From assembly GCA_026419405.1 (NCBI GenBank), contig JANZZL010000005.1:6689-70688 (forward strand): a stretch of 64,000 nucleotides of DNA. The letters run 5' to 3'. Positions 23,770 through 33,830 of this stretch are shown here, one piece after another. This DNA is from Paracoccaceae bacterium (lineage in GTDB: Bacteria; Pseudomonadota; Alphaproteobacteria; Rhodobacterales; Rhodobacteraceae). A program made the translations under genes and the position numbers. The stretch's first letter is position 1, and every line of letters begins with the position of its first letter. The notes beneath the pieces are model-generated. The model saw nothing but the letters and a program-made list of their open reading frames with translations. It had not been told where the DNA came from and did not search any database.

Positions 23770-26121
23770 CTACTCGCCATAGGGGATCCAGACCGTCTTG
23801 ATCTCGGTCGCGGCCTCGAGGAACTCCTGCCCCTCGCCCTCCGGTCCCGCCCAGTCGCGGCCGCGGCCGTGGTTCACCCAGGTGCGCTTGAGGTTGCCCG
23901 CCGCCTCGCGCTCGATCATGGCCGAGAGGTCGGAGGAGGAGAACGACCAGACCGCATCCACGTCGAGGTGCCCGGCGAGCACCCGGCCCAGCTCGGCATG
24001 GCTGCCGGGAACGATGTTGACCACCCCGCCCGGCACGTCCGAGGTGTCGAGCACCTGGTAGAAGTCGGTCGCGGCCAGCGGGAAGGGCTCGGAAGGCACC
24101 AGCACGCAGGTGTTGCCCATGGCGATCGCCGGCGCCATGATCGAGACGAAGCCGAGCAGCGGCGCCTCGTCCGGGCAGAGCGCGCCGATCACCCCCACGG
24201 GCTCGGTCATGGCGAGCGCGACGCCCCTCAGCGGCACGCCCTTGACGCGGCCTTCGTGCTTGTCGGCCCAGGCCGCCCAGGTGAAGAGCCGCCGGATTGC
24301 CGCCTCCACCTCGGCCTCGCCGCGCCGGCCGGTCAGCTCGCGCAGGCGCCCGGCGAACTCCGCCGCGCGCGCCGAGAGGTTCTCGGCGATGTAGTAGAGG
24401 ATCTGGCCCCGCAGGTGCCCCTGGCTCCGTGCCCAGCCCGCGCGCGCCGCCTGCGCCGCCTCGACCGCGTTGCGGATGTCCTTGCGGTTGCCGACGGGCG
24501 CATGGCCGAGAAGCCGCCCGCCCGGCGACCAGATCGCGCGGGAATGGCCGCCGTCCGGGCGGGCCTGCCTGCCGCCCACGTAGACCTTCGCGGTCCGGTC
24601 GAGCCCCGCGGGCGCGCCGCCCTCCGCCGGCGCCGCGACGGGCGCGCGCGGGGCGAGCCGCGGCCCCCTGCGGGCGGGGCGGAGGTAGGCGCGCAGGCCC
24701 TCCCAGCCGCCCTCGCGGCCGAAGCCCGACTCCTTGACGCCGCCGAAGCCGGCGGCCGCGTCGAACAGGTTGGTCGCGTTCACCCAGACCACGCCCGCCC
24801 TGAGCTTCGGCGCGATGTCGAGCGCGAGGTTGACGTTCTCGGTCCAGACCGTCGCGGCAAGCCCGTAGCGGGTGTTGTTGGCCAGCTGCACTGCCTCGGC
24901 CGGGGTGCGGAAGGTCGCGCTCACCAGCACCGGGCCGAAGATCTCCTCCTGCATCAGCATCGCCGCGGGCGAGAGGCCGGTGATCAGCGTCGGCGGGTAG
25001 AAGCAACCCCGCTCGGGCAGCGTCACCTGCGCGCGGTGGACCTCGCCCTCCGCCCCGCCCTCCTCGACCATCCGGGTGATGGTGGCAAGCTGCACCGGGT
25101 CCACCACCGCGCCCACGTCGATGCACTTGTCGAGCGGGTCGCCGACCCGCAGCCCGTCCATCCGCCGCCTCAGCTTCGCGTGGAACCGCTCTGCCACGCC
25201 CTCCTGCACCAGCAGGCGGCTCCCCGCGCAGCAGACCTGGCCCTGGTTGAACCAGATCGCATCGACCAGCCCCTCGACCGCCGAGTCGAGATCGGCGTCG
25301 TCGAAGACGATGTAGGGGCTCTTGCCGCCGAGCTCGAGCGTCAGCGCCTTGCCCGTGCCGGCGGTCGCCTCGCGGATCCTGCGGCCGACCTCGGTCGAGC
25401 CGGTGAAGGCCACCTTGTCCACCTCGGCCGCGACCAGCGCCGCCCCCGTCGCCCCGTCGCCGGTGACGATGTTGACCACGCCCTTCGGCACCCCGGCCTC
25501 GCGGCAGATCTCGGCGAAGAGCAGCGCCGTCAGCGGCGTGTACTCGGCGGGCTTGAGCACGATGGTGTTGCCCGCCGCCAGCGCCGGCGCGACCTTCCAG
25601 GCCAGCATCAGCAGCGGGAAGTTCCAGGGGATCACCGCGCCGCAGACCCCGTGCGGCACCATCCCCGGCATCTCGCCCTCGAGAAGCTGCGCAAGCCCCG
25701 CGTGGTAGAGGAAGTGGCGCGCCGCAAGCGGCACGTCGATGTCGCGGCTCTCGCGGATCGGCTTGCCGTTGTCGAGCGTCTCGAGCACGGCGAAGAGCCG
25801 GGCATGCTTCTGGAGCAGCCGCGACAGCGCGTAGAGCACCCGCGCCCGCGCATGCCCGCCCTGCCGCGACCACCGCCCGAAGGCCCGCCGCGCGGCCGCC
25901 ACCGCCGCCGCGACATCCGCCGCCGAGCCCTGCGTCACCTCGGCCAGGACCTCGCCGGTGGCGGGGTTGCGCGTCGCGAAGGTCTCGCCCGGCGCGGTGA
26001 AGGCGCCGTCGACGAAATGCCCGAACCGCCGGCCGTGCCGGTCGAGCCAGGCCAGCGCCTCCCCCGCCGCCTCCGGCGCGGGCCCGTAGTCCATGCTCTC
26101 GAAGATCTCGCGGACGTTCAT
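23770..26121 (-). CDS. Fused aldehyde dehydrogenase: complete ALDH domain plus a C-terminal partial ALDH-like domain
   Basis: 783 aa. The first roughly 490 aa carry ELGGKSP and GQVCCAGSR (catalytic Glu/Cys). The second roughly 290 aa are ALDH-like (cofactor-binding half) and I see no catalytic Cys motif. Confidence 0.85.
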   Translation of the reverse strand: MNVREIFESMDYGPAPEAAGEALAWLDRHGRRFGHFVDGAFTAPGETFATRNPATGEVLAEVTQGSAADVAAAVAAARRAFGRWSRQGGHARARVLYALSRLLQKHARLFAVLETLDNGKPIRESRDIDVPLAARHFLYHAGLAQLLEGEMPGMVPHGVCGAVIPWNFPLLMLAWKVAPALAAGNTIVLKPAEYTPLTALLFAEICREAGVPKGVVNIVTGDGATGAALVAAEVDKVAFTGSTEVGRRIREATAGTGKALTLELGGKSPYIVFDDADLDSAVEGLVDAIWFNQGQVCCAGSRLLVQEGVAERFHAKLRRRMDGLRVGDPLDKCIDVGAVVDPVQLATITRMVEEGGAEGEVHRAQVTLPERGCFYPPTLITGLSPAAMLMQEEIFGPVLVSATFRTPAEAVQLANNTRYGLAATVWTENVNLALDIAPKLRAGVVWVNATNLFDAAAGFGGVKESGFGREGGWEGLRAYLRPARRGPRLAPRAPVAAPAEGGAPAGLDRTAKVYVGGRQARPDGGHSRAIWSPGGRLLGHAPVGNRKDIRNAVEAAQAARAGWARSQGHLRGQILYYIAENLSARAAEFAGRLRELTGRRGEAEVEAAIRRLFTWAAWADKHEGRVKGVPLRGVALAMTEPVGVIGALCPDEAPLLGFVSIMAPAIAMGNTCVLVPSEPFPLAATDFYQVLDTSDVPGGVVNIVPGSHAELGRVLAGHLDVDAVWSFSSSDLSAMIEREAAGNLKRTWVNHGRGRDWAGPEGEGQEFLEAATEIKTVWIPYGE

Positions 26122-26122
26122 G

Positions 26123-26175
26123 CCTTCATCCTGTCGGAAATACTCTCGGGGGGTCCGGGGGGCAGACGGCCCCCC
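26123..26175 (-). repeat. Repeat family copy D (deoC | aldehyde dehydrogenase junction)
   Basis: The reverse complement reads ggggggccgtctgcccccc-gga-ccccccgagagtatttccgacaggatgaagg, followed by cATG of the ALDH gene. It fills most of the 66-nt spacer. Confidence 0.85.
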
Positions 26176-26187
26176 GGCCCCGCCGCC

Positions 26188-27195
26188 TCATGCCAGGGGA
26201 TGCCGCTCGGCCGAGGAATACCGCCCGGTCACGAAATGCTCGAGCTGGCGCTCGATGTCGCCCAGAAGGCTCGAGGCGCCGAAGCGGAACAGGTCGGGCC
26301 GCAGCCAGCGGTCGCCGAGCTCGTCCTTCATCAGGCTCAGGTAGACGAGCGCGTCCTTCGCCTTCGCGATCCCCCCCGCCGGCTTGTAGCCGACGCGGAA
26401 GCCGGTGCGCTCGTGATAGTCGCGGATCGCCCGCACCATGGTCAGGCTGACCGGCAGCGTGGCGTTCACCGCCTCCTTGCCGGTCGAGGTCTTGATGAAG
26501 TCGGCCCCTGCCATCATGCAGACCAGGCTCGCCCGCGCGACGTTGCGCAGCGTCCCGAGCTCGCCGGTCGCCAGGATCGCCTTGACATGCGCCGCCCCGC
26601 AGGCCTCGCGGAAGGCGCGCATCTCGTCATAGAGCGCCTGCCAGTTCCCGGTCAGCACGTGCCGGCGCGAGATCACGATGTCGATCTCCTGCGCCCCGGC
26701 GCGGAGGCTCTCGCCGATCTCGGCAAGGCGCAGGCGGAAGGGCGAGAGCCCGGCGGGAAATCCGGTCGAGACCGCCGCGACGGGGATCCCCGTCCCCCGC
26801 AGCGCCGCGACGGCCGGCGCCACCATCTCGTGGTAGACGCAGACGGCGGCGACCGTCAGCCCCTCCATCCCGAGCGCGGCCAGGAGGTCGGCGCGGACCG
26901 GCCGTCGCGCCTTGGCGCAGAGCCGGCGCACCCGGCCCTCGGTGTCGTCGCCCGCCAGCGTGGTCAGGTCGATCAGGCTGATCGCGCGGCAGAGCCAGGC
27001 CGCCTGCCATTCCTTCTTCACCGTCCGCCGCCCCGGCAGCGTGGCGCAGCGCCGCTCGATCGCCGAGGTATTGGCCTGCACCGCGGCCACCCAGTCGAGG
27101 TCGAGCTCCATCCCGGCGTTGCGCGGGTGCCCCACCTGCGGCAGGTGCGCCGCCGCGGCGGCGGCGGCGGCCGGGGTCTTGGTGGATGTGTCCAT
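26188..27195 (-). CDS. deoC: Deoxyribose-phosphate aldolase (long form)
   Basis: ATG at 27195 (MDTSTKTP). 335 aa. Has IDLTTL, VCVYH and FIKTSTGK (Schiff-base Lys region), typical of DeoC/DERA. Confidence 0.85.
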   Translation of the reverse strand: MDTSTKTPAAAAAAAAHLPQVGHPRNAGMELDLDWVAAVQANTSAIERRCATLPGRRTVKKEWQAAWLCRAISLIDLTTLAGDDTEGRVRRLCAKARRPVRADLLAALGMEGLTVAAVCVYHEMVAPAVAALRGTGIPVAAVSTGFPAGLSPFRLRLAEIGESLRAGAQEIDIVISRRHVLTGNWQALYDEMRAFREACGAAHVKAILATGELGTLRNVARASLVCMMAGADFIKTSTGKEAVNATLPVSLTMVRAIRDYHERTGFRVGYKPAGGIAKAKDALVYLSLMKDELGDRWLRPDLFRFGASSLLGDIERQLEHFVTGRYSSAERHPLA

Positions 27196-27329
27196 GGGCT
27201 CGGCCCTCCTCGGCCGCGAGACCGCCAAGGTCGCATGCGGGTCCGGGCTTGGCAAGGCGGGCACAGGCCCCGCAACCTGCCCGGCGGCCCGGCCGCCCGG
27301 CCGGCGGCGTGCCGTTTCCCGGCCCGCCC

Positions 27330-28742
27330 TCAGGCCCGCCAGAAACGCGGCATGAACAGGACGAAGACGGTCAGCATCTCCAGCCGGCCGACATACATGC
27401 CGAGCGCCAGCAGCCACTTCGCCGCGTCGGGCAGCGTCGAGAAGTTGCCCGCCGGCCCGATGACCTTCCCGACCCCCGGCCCCACGTTGCAGATCGCGGT
27501 CAGCGCGCCGCTCACCGCCGTGACCGGATCGAGCCCGAGGAAGGCGAGCGCGAAGGAAAGCCACATGAAGGTCAGCGCGAAGACGTTGAGGAAGGTGATC
27601 ACCCCGCTCAGCTGGTCGTCGGTCACGCGCTTGCCCTCGTAGCGGACGCTGATCACCCGGTGCGGGCTGTGCACCAGCGCGATCCGGCTGCGGATGGCGC
27701 GGATGAGGATCGTCCAGCGCATCATCTTGACGCCGCCGGCGGTGGAGCCGGTGCAGCCCCCGGCCGCCGTCAGCAGGAAGAAGGCGATGACGGCGAACCC
27801 GCCCCAGAGCGTGTAGTCGGTCGAGGCGTAGCCCGTCGTGGTGACGACCGAGACCACGTTGAAGGTGACCTCGGTCAGCGCCTGGAACGGCGGCGCGTCC
27901 GAACTGGCCACGCGCCAGAGGGTGAGAATGCCGATCGACAGGCCGAGGAAGGCGAGCAGCGCCGGCACCTGTTCGGACTGCGCCCCCCGCCCGCGCAGCA
28001 GCCGGATGTACCAGGCGAAGGGCAGCGCCCCGGCCAGCATGAAGCCCGAGGCCGTCCAGTGCAGGAAGGGGTTCGGGAAATGGCCGAAGGAGGCATCCGA
28101 GGTGGAGTAGCCGCCGGTCGAGAGCGTGGTCAGCGCGTGCACGACCGCCTCGAGGTCCGACATCCCGCCGATCCGGTAGGTCACCGCGCAGGCGACGGTC
28201 AGCGCCAGGTAGACCCAGAGCGTGGCGGCGGCGAAGCCGGCGGCGCTGCTCAGCTCCCGCTCGCCCCGCTCCGAACTCTCGGTGCGGAAGAGCTGCATCC
28301 CTCCCACCCGCAGCACCGGCAGCAGCGCGATGCCCGCGACGATGAAGCCGACGCCGCCGAACCACTGGATGAGCCCGCGCCAGAGGTTGATGCCCGGCGG
28401 CGTCGCGTCGAGCCCGACCATGACCGTGGAGCCGGTGGTGGTGATCCCCGACATCGCCTCGAAGAAGGCATCCGCCGGGGTCAGGCCCCAGAGCCAGAGC
28501 GGCAGCGCCCCGGCACCGGCCGCCGTCAGCCAGACCGAGGCGGTCAGCAGGAAGGCCAGCCGCCGCTCGACCCGCATGGGCCGGCCCTGCGCGATCGTCA
28601 CGAGAAGCGCGCCGGCCAGCGCGAGCAGCGCGCCGGAGCCCAGGAACACCTCGCGCGTCTCGGGAAAGATCAGACCGATCAGACCCTGGAGCGCCCCCGC
28701 CACGACGAGGATCAGACCGTGCACGAACGCGATGAAGACCAA
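27330..28742 (-). CDS. trkH: TrkH family potassium uptake membrane protein
   Basis: 470 aa, multi-pass. Repeated pore-loop-like TTTG/STGG motifs (GITTTGSTV, LSTGGYST, VVTTTGYAS, GGCTGSTAGG). Confidence 0.85.
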   Translation of the reverse strand: MVFIAFVHGLILVVAGALQGLIGLIFPETREVFLGSGALLALAGALLVTIAQGRPMRVERRLAFLLTASVWLTAAGAGALPLWLWGLTPADAFFEAMSGITTTGSTVMVGLDATPPGINLWRGLIQWFGGVGFIVAGIALLPVLRVGGMQLFRTESSERGERELSSAAGFAAATLWVYLALTVACAVTYRIGGMSDLEAVVHALTTLSTGGYSTSDASFGHFPNPFLHWTASGFMLAGALPFAWYIRLLRGRGAQSEQVPALLAFLGLSIGILTLWRVASSDAPPFQALTEVTFNVVSVVTTTGYASTDYTLWGGFAVIAFFLLTAAGGCTGSTAGGVKMMRWTILIRAIRSRIALVHSPHRVISVRYEGKRVTDDQLSGVITFLNVFALTFMWLSFALAFLGLDPVTAVSGALTAICNVGPGVGKVIGPAGNFSTLPDAAKWLLALGMYVGRLEMLTVFVLFMPRFWRA

Positions 28743-28822
28743 GGCAGTCCCGACGCCGCCGACGCGCCAGACCTACGCCCGCACGCCGGCGATGTCCACA
28801 GGCGGGTCCTGCCCCGCGGGCG

Positions 28823-28899
28823 TGGCGATCCCGGAAGGACTCGAACCCTCAGCCTGCTGATTAGAAGTCAGCTGCTCTATCCAGTTGAGCTACGGGACC
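28823..28899 (-). tRNA. tRNA-Arg (anticodon UCU)
   Basis: The reverse complement reads GGTCCCGTAGCTCAACTGGATAGAGCAGCTGACTTCTAATCAGCAGGCTGAGGGTTCGAGTCCTTCCGGGATCGCCA. It folds as a 77-nt cloverleaf with a 7-bp acceptor stem, anticodon loop CU-UCU-AA, T-loop TTCGAGT and an encoded CCA. Confidence 0.9.
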
Positions 28900-28955
28900 G
28901 CTGCCCCGCTTTTGCGCCACCGGGCGGCCCGGATCAAGCCGCTTGGCGGGCGCGC

Positions 28956-29414
28956 TCAGATCGACCGCGTCATGAAGACGCTGTTGGGGTCGGGCCCGTA
29001 GCCCTCGAAGGGCCCGCATTCCTCGAAGCCTGCCGAGGCATAGAGCGCGCGGGCGGCCGCAAAGCCGGGCTCGACGCCGGTCTCGAGGCTCAGCCGGGTG
29101 AAGCCGGCGGCGCGCGCCTCGGCCACCAGGTGGTCGAGCAGCATCCGCGACAGCCCGCGCCCCCGCGCCTCGGCCAGCACGTGCATCGACTTGAGCTCGG
29201 CATGGCAGGCGTCGATCCGGCGGAAGGCACCCATCCCCACCGGCCGGCCGGCCTCGCGCATCACGTAGAAGGCGATCCCCGGCGCCGCCAGTTCCGCGGC
29301 GTCGAGCATGTGGACGCTCTCGGGCGGCGTCTCGGCATGCATCTCGGCGGCGTGCCGCGCCATCAGCAGCGCGAGGTCCGCCCCCAGCGGGCTCTCCCGC
29401 CGGATCTCGAGCAT
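28956..29414 (-). CDS. GNAT family N-acetyltransferase
   Basis: 152 aa from the ATG at 29414. Acetyl-CoA motif region (MHVLAEARGRGLSRMLLDHLVAEAR..GF). Only the C-terminal part of the 1055-aa track ORF is real. Confidence 0.8.
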   Translation of the reverse strand: MLEIRRESPLGADLALLMARHAAEMHAETPPESVHMLDAAELAAPGIAFYVMREAGRPVGMGAFRRIDACHAELKSMHVLAEARGRGLSRMLLDHLVAEARAAGFTRLSLETGVEPGFAAARALYASAGFEECGPFEGYGPDPNSVFMTRSI

Positions 29415-29725
29415 CAGTGCGTCCAGGCGCTGCGCCGCTCGGGGGCGAAGTTCTCGCCGTAGCCGCGCGGACGGATGTTCGGCCGGCGCTTCTTCGGCTC
29501 GATCACCTCCGCCTCGATGCCGTGCTCGCGCGCATAGGCGAGCGCGGCCTCCTTCGTCTCGAACCGCAGCCGCACCTGCGACTGGGTGTCGGTCGTGGAG
29601 GTCCAGCCCATCAGCGGATCGACCTCGCGCGGCGCCGCCGGCGCGAATTCCAGCACCCAGGATCGCGTCTTCGCGGTGCCCGACTGCGTGGCCGTCCTGG
29701 CCGGCCGGTAGATCCTTGCGCGCAT
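29414..29725 (-). CDS. ETC complex I subunit conserved region protein (NDUFS4 homologue)
   Basis: ATG at 29725 gives [41 protein letters not shown], matching the NDUFS4/ETC_C1 family. Its stop overlaps the GNAT start by 1 nt. Confidence 0.8.
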   Translation of the reverse strand: MRARIYRPARTATQSGTAKTRSWVLEFAPAAPREVDPLMGWTSTTDTQSQVRLRFETKEAALAYAREHGIEAEVIEPKKRRPNIRPRGYGENFAPERRSAWTH

Positions 29726-29815
29726 GGGAAGCCTTCTCCGAACGCCTCCGGGCCTTATCGCGGAAGCCCGCAGGAAGCGCAAGAAGCCCGCCCCGGGCCG
29801 CCCGCCGGGCCCCGG

Positions 29816-32344
29816 CTACTCCTGCGCCCGGAGCACCCGCGCCGGGCGGGCCGACAGCGGGCGCCAGGCGAAGGCGAGCCCGGCAAGCAGCGTCGCCGCG
29901 GCCCCGCCGGCCACGATCAGCACCGCCGAGACCGGCTCGAACCGGTAGTCGGCCTCCATCACGAAGCGCATCACTGCCCAGCCGGCGACCGCCCCGGCGG
30001 CGATGGCCACGAGCCCCGCCACCGCACCGAGGATCGCCGAGCGGAGCGCGAAGCAGGCCAGCACCTGCGCGCGCACCGCGCCGAGCGTCTTCAGGATCGC
30101 CGCCTCGAAGACGCGCGCCGCCTCGCCCGCCGCCGCCGCGCCGACGAGCACGATCGCCCCGGTCGCGAGCGTCACCCCCGCCGCGGCCGTGACCGCCGCG
30201 GCGATGCCGCCGAGGATGCCGGCGACGCGGTCCACGACGTCCCTCACCCGGATCGCCGTGATGTTCGGGTAAGCCCCGGCCAGGTCGCGCAGGATCGCCG
30301 CCTCGGCCGCCTCCTCGGCATGGATCGTGGCGATGAAGCTGTGCGGCGCGCCCTCCAGCGCGGCGGGGTTCATCGCCATGACGAAGCCGATCCCGGCGGT
30401 CGAGAAATCGACCGCGCGGAAGCTCGTCACCTCGGCGGTGATGTCGCGGCCGAGGATGTTGACCGTGATCTCGTCGCCGAGCCTGAGCCCGATCTCGGCC
30501 GCCTCCTCGGCGGCGAAGCTCACCTGCGGCGGCCCTTCGTAGGCCTCGGGCCACCAGGCGCCCTCGGTGATCACCGTGCCCTCGGGCGGCGCGGCGGAAT
30601 AGGTGACACCGCGGTCGCCGCGCACGACCCAGTGGCCGCCGGCCACCTCCTCGGCCGGGCGGCCGTTGATCCGGGTGATGATCCCGCGCAGCATCGGGGC
30701 GGTCTCGACGCGCGCGACCGCAGGGTCGGCGGCCAGGCGCGCGCGGAAGCCCGCGATCTGGTCGGGCTGGATGTCCACCACGAAGTAGGAAGGGGCGACC
30801 TCGGGCAGTTCCGTGGCGATGGCGTTGCGCAGGTTCCAGTCGATCTGCCCGACTGCCGCCAGGACCGAGAGCCCCAGGCCCAGCGACAGCACCACCGAGG
30901 TGGCCTCGGTCCCCGGCCCGCCCACCGCCCCGAGCGCGAGCCGCGCCGCCGTCCGGCCGCGCAGCGCCCGCGCCCGCGCCAGCCGCCGCGCCAGCGCCCG
31001 TGCCCCGCGCGCCGCCAGGAGCAGGAGCGCAAGCGCCCCGGCGATCCCCGCCACCGTCCCGAGCGCGAGGCGCGGCAGCCCCGAGAACAGCGCCGCCGCG
31101 CCCGCCAGCGCCGCGAGGAGGACGGCGGTCGCCGCCAGGAAGGCCGGCCGCGGCAGGGCGCGCGCGGTCTCCACGGCCCCGCGGTAGAGCGCGGCCGGAC
31201 GCACCTGCTCGGTCCGCGCCAGCGGCCAGAGCGTGAACAGCAGCGCCGCGAGGCCGCCGTAGAGCGCCGCCTCGGCCAGCGGTGCGGGGTAGAGCCCGAA
31301 GGCCGCCGGCAGCGGCAGGCGGGCCGCGATCAGCGGCGCAAGCAGCAGCGGCAGCGCCGCGCCGAGCACGAGCCCGAGCCCGATGCCCAGAAGCGCCAGC
31401 ACCGCGATCTGGAGGAAGTAGGCGGCAAGGATCGTGCGCCGGTCCGCGCCCAGGGTGCGCAGCGTGGCGATCACCGGAACCTTGCCCTCGATGTAGGCCC
31501 TGACCGAGGCGGCCACGCCGACCCCGCCGACCGCGAGCCCGGCAAGCCCGACCAGCGCGAGGAAGGCGCCCAGCCGCTCGACGAAGCGCGACACGCCGGG
31601 GGCCCCGTCGCGGGCGTCGCGCCAGCGCGCCCCGGCATCCCGGAACCGGGCCGCCGCCTCCGCCTGAAGCGCGGCGAGATCGGCTCCCGCCGGCAGCGCC
31701 AGCCGGTAGCGCGTCTCGAACAGCGTGCCCTCCGCCAGAAGCTGCGACTGCGCCAGCGCCCCGGTCCTGACCAGCGTCCGCGGGCCGAGGCCGAAGCCGT
31801 CCCCGGCCGCGTCCGGCTCCCGCAGCAGGACCGCCGTCAGCACGAACGCCTGCGTGCCGAGCCGGAACCGGTCGCCGGGCACCAGGCCGAGCCGGTCGGC
31901 CAGCACCCGCTCCATCACCCCGCCGGGCAGCCCGCCCGCGCCCGCCAGCGCCTCGTCCAGACCGATCGGCGGGTCGAGCGCCACCTCCCCCTTCAGCGGA
32001 TAGGCGCCGTCCACGCCCTTCACCTGGGTCAGCGCCCGCTCGGGGCCGCCCGCGCGGTCGACCACGACCATCGAGCGGAAGTCCACGATCTCCGAAACCT
32101 CGATGGCCACGTCCTCCATCCATGCCCGCTCCTCCGGGCCCGCGTAGCGGTAGGTGAAGGTCAGCTCGGCATCGCCGCCGAGGATCGCGGCCCCCTCGCG
32201 CGCCAGCCCCGCCTCGATCGCCGCGCGCACCGACCCCACCGCCGCGATCGCCGCGACGCCGAGCGCGAGACAGGCGAGGAACACGCGGAACCCCCGCAGC
32301 CCGCCGCGCAGCTCGCGCCGGGCGATGGCCCAGGCCGGGCTCAC
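29816..32344 (-). CDS. ABC transporter permease with two FtsX-like domains (YbbP-like)
   Basis: About 842 aa, with many TM segments in two clusters. Probable GTG start at 32344 (VSPAWAIARRELRGG), just after the AGAGGAAGG of repeat copy E. The exact start is uncertain. Confidence 0.8.
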   Translation of the reverse strand: MSPAWAIARRELRGGLRGFRVFLACLALGVAAIAAVGSVRAAIEAGLAREGAAILGGDAELTFTYRYAGPEERAWMEDVAIEVSEIVDFRSMVVVDRAGGPERALTQVKGVDGAYPLKGEVALDPPIGLDEALAGAGGLPGGVMERVLADRLGLVPGDRFRLGTQAFVLTAVLLREPDAAGDGFGLGPRTLVRTGALAQSQLLAEGTLFETRYRLALPAGADLAALQAEAAARFRDAGARWRDARDGAPGVSRFVERLGAFLALVGLAGLAVGGVGVAASVRAYIEGKVPVIATLRTLGADRRTILAAYFLQIAVLALLGIGLGLVLGAALPLLLAPLIAARLPLPAAFGLYPAPLAEAALYGGLAALLFTLWPLARTEQVRPAALYRGAVETARALPRPAFLAATAVLLAALAGAAALFSGLPRLALGTVAGIAGALALLLLAARGARALARRLARARALRGRTAARLALGAVGGPGTEATSVVLSLGLGLSVLAAVGQIDWNLRNAIATELPEVAPSYFVVDIQPDQIAGFRARLAADPAVARVETAPMLRGIITRINGRPAEEVAGGHWVVRGDRGVTYSAAPPEGTVITEGAWWPEAYEGPPQVSFAAEEAAEIGLRLGDEITVNILGRDITAEVTSFRAVDFSTAGIGFVMAMNPAALEGAPHSFIATIHAEEAAEAAILRDLAGAYPNITAIRVRDVVDRVAGILGGIAAAVTAAAGVTLATGAIVLVGAAAAGEAARVFEAAILKTLGAVRAQVLACFALRSAILGAVAGLVAIAAGAVAGWAVMRFVMEADYRFEPVSAVLIVAGGAAATLLAGLAFAWRPLSARPARVLRAQE

Positions 32345-32348
32345 CGCC

Positions 32349-32414
32349 CCTTCCTCTTGTCGCAAGTACGCCCGGGGGGAGTCGCCGCAGGCGACGGGGG
32401 GCAGGCGCCCCCCC
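32349..32414 (-). repeat. Repeat family copy E (ABC ATPase | FtsX permease junction)
   Basis: The reverse complement reads ggggggcgcctgcccccc-gtcgcctgcggcgac-tccccccgggcgtacttgcgacaagaggaagg, followed 4 nt later by the GTG at 32344. Confidence 0.8.
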
Positions 32415-32438
32415 TTCCCCGGCCTGCCGCCCGGCGCC

Positions 32439-33132
<694 letters not shown>

Positions 33133-33134
<2 letters not shown>

Positions 33135-33822
33135 GGCATCCTTCGGTCGGCTGGCCTCATGGGGATATGGCGCGCTCCGGCGCCTTCGCAACCTCGCCGC
33201 CGCGGTCGCGATCGGCGCCGGCGCGGCCGCGGCCGAACCCGTCACCATCGCCGCGCTTGGCGACAGCCTGACCCAGGGCTACGGCCTGCCCGAGGCCGAC
33301 GGGCTCGTGCCGCAGCTCCAGGCCTGGCTCGACGCGCAGGGCGCCGGGGTGCGCCTGATCAACGCCGGGGTCTCGGGCGATACCACCGCGGGCGGGCTCT
33401 CGCGCATCGGCTGGACGCTCACGCCCGAGGTCGATGCGCTGATCGTCGCGCTCGGCGGCAACGATCTCCTGCGCGGCATCGACCCGGCGGTCAGCCGCCG
33501 CAACCTCGAAGGCATCCTCGAGGCCGCGCGCGCGGCCGGCGTGCCGGTGCTGCTCGCCGGGCTTCCCGCCCCGCCCAACTACGGGCCCGACTACAAGGCG
33601 GCCTTCGACGCGATCTGGCCCGAGCTGGCCGCCGAACACGACGCCATCCTCGTGGCCAACCTCCTCGCGCCGCTGGCCGATGCGGTCCGCAACGGCACAG
33701 GCGCCGGCACCCTGCTCCAGCCCGACGGCCTGCACCCCTCCGCCGAGGGCGTGCGGCTCGTGGTCGAGGCGCTCGGGCCCAGGGTCCTGGAACTCGCGGC
33801 CCGCGCTGGCGGACGCTCCTGA
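33133..33822 (+). CDS. SGNH/GDSL arylesterase-thioesterase (TesA-like), secreted
   Basis: GDSLTQGYG block I, GVSGDTT and LGGNDLLRG blocks. The putative ATG at 33133 shares a CATG with the divergent ABC ATPase start. The start is uncertain. Confidence 0.75.
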
Positions 33823-33830
33823 GCGGGCGC

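Noticed and set aside
28743-28955. tRNA-Arg(UCU) as the anchor of an integrated element or genomic island.
   Set aside because: No integrase, no duplicated tRNA 3' end and no compositional break were seen on either side. The neighbours are trkH and a GNAT gene of normal composition.
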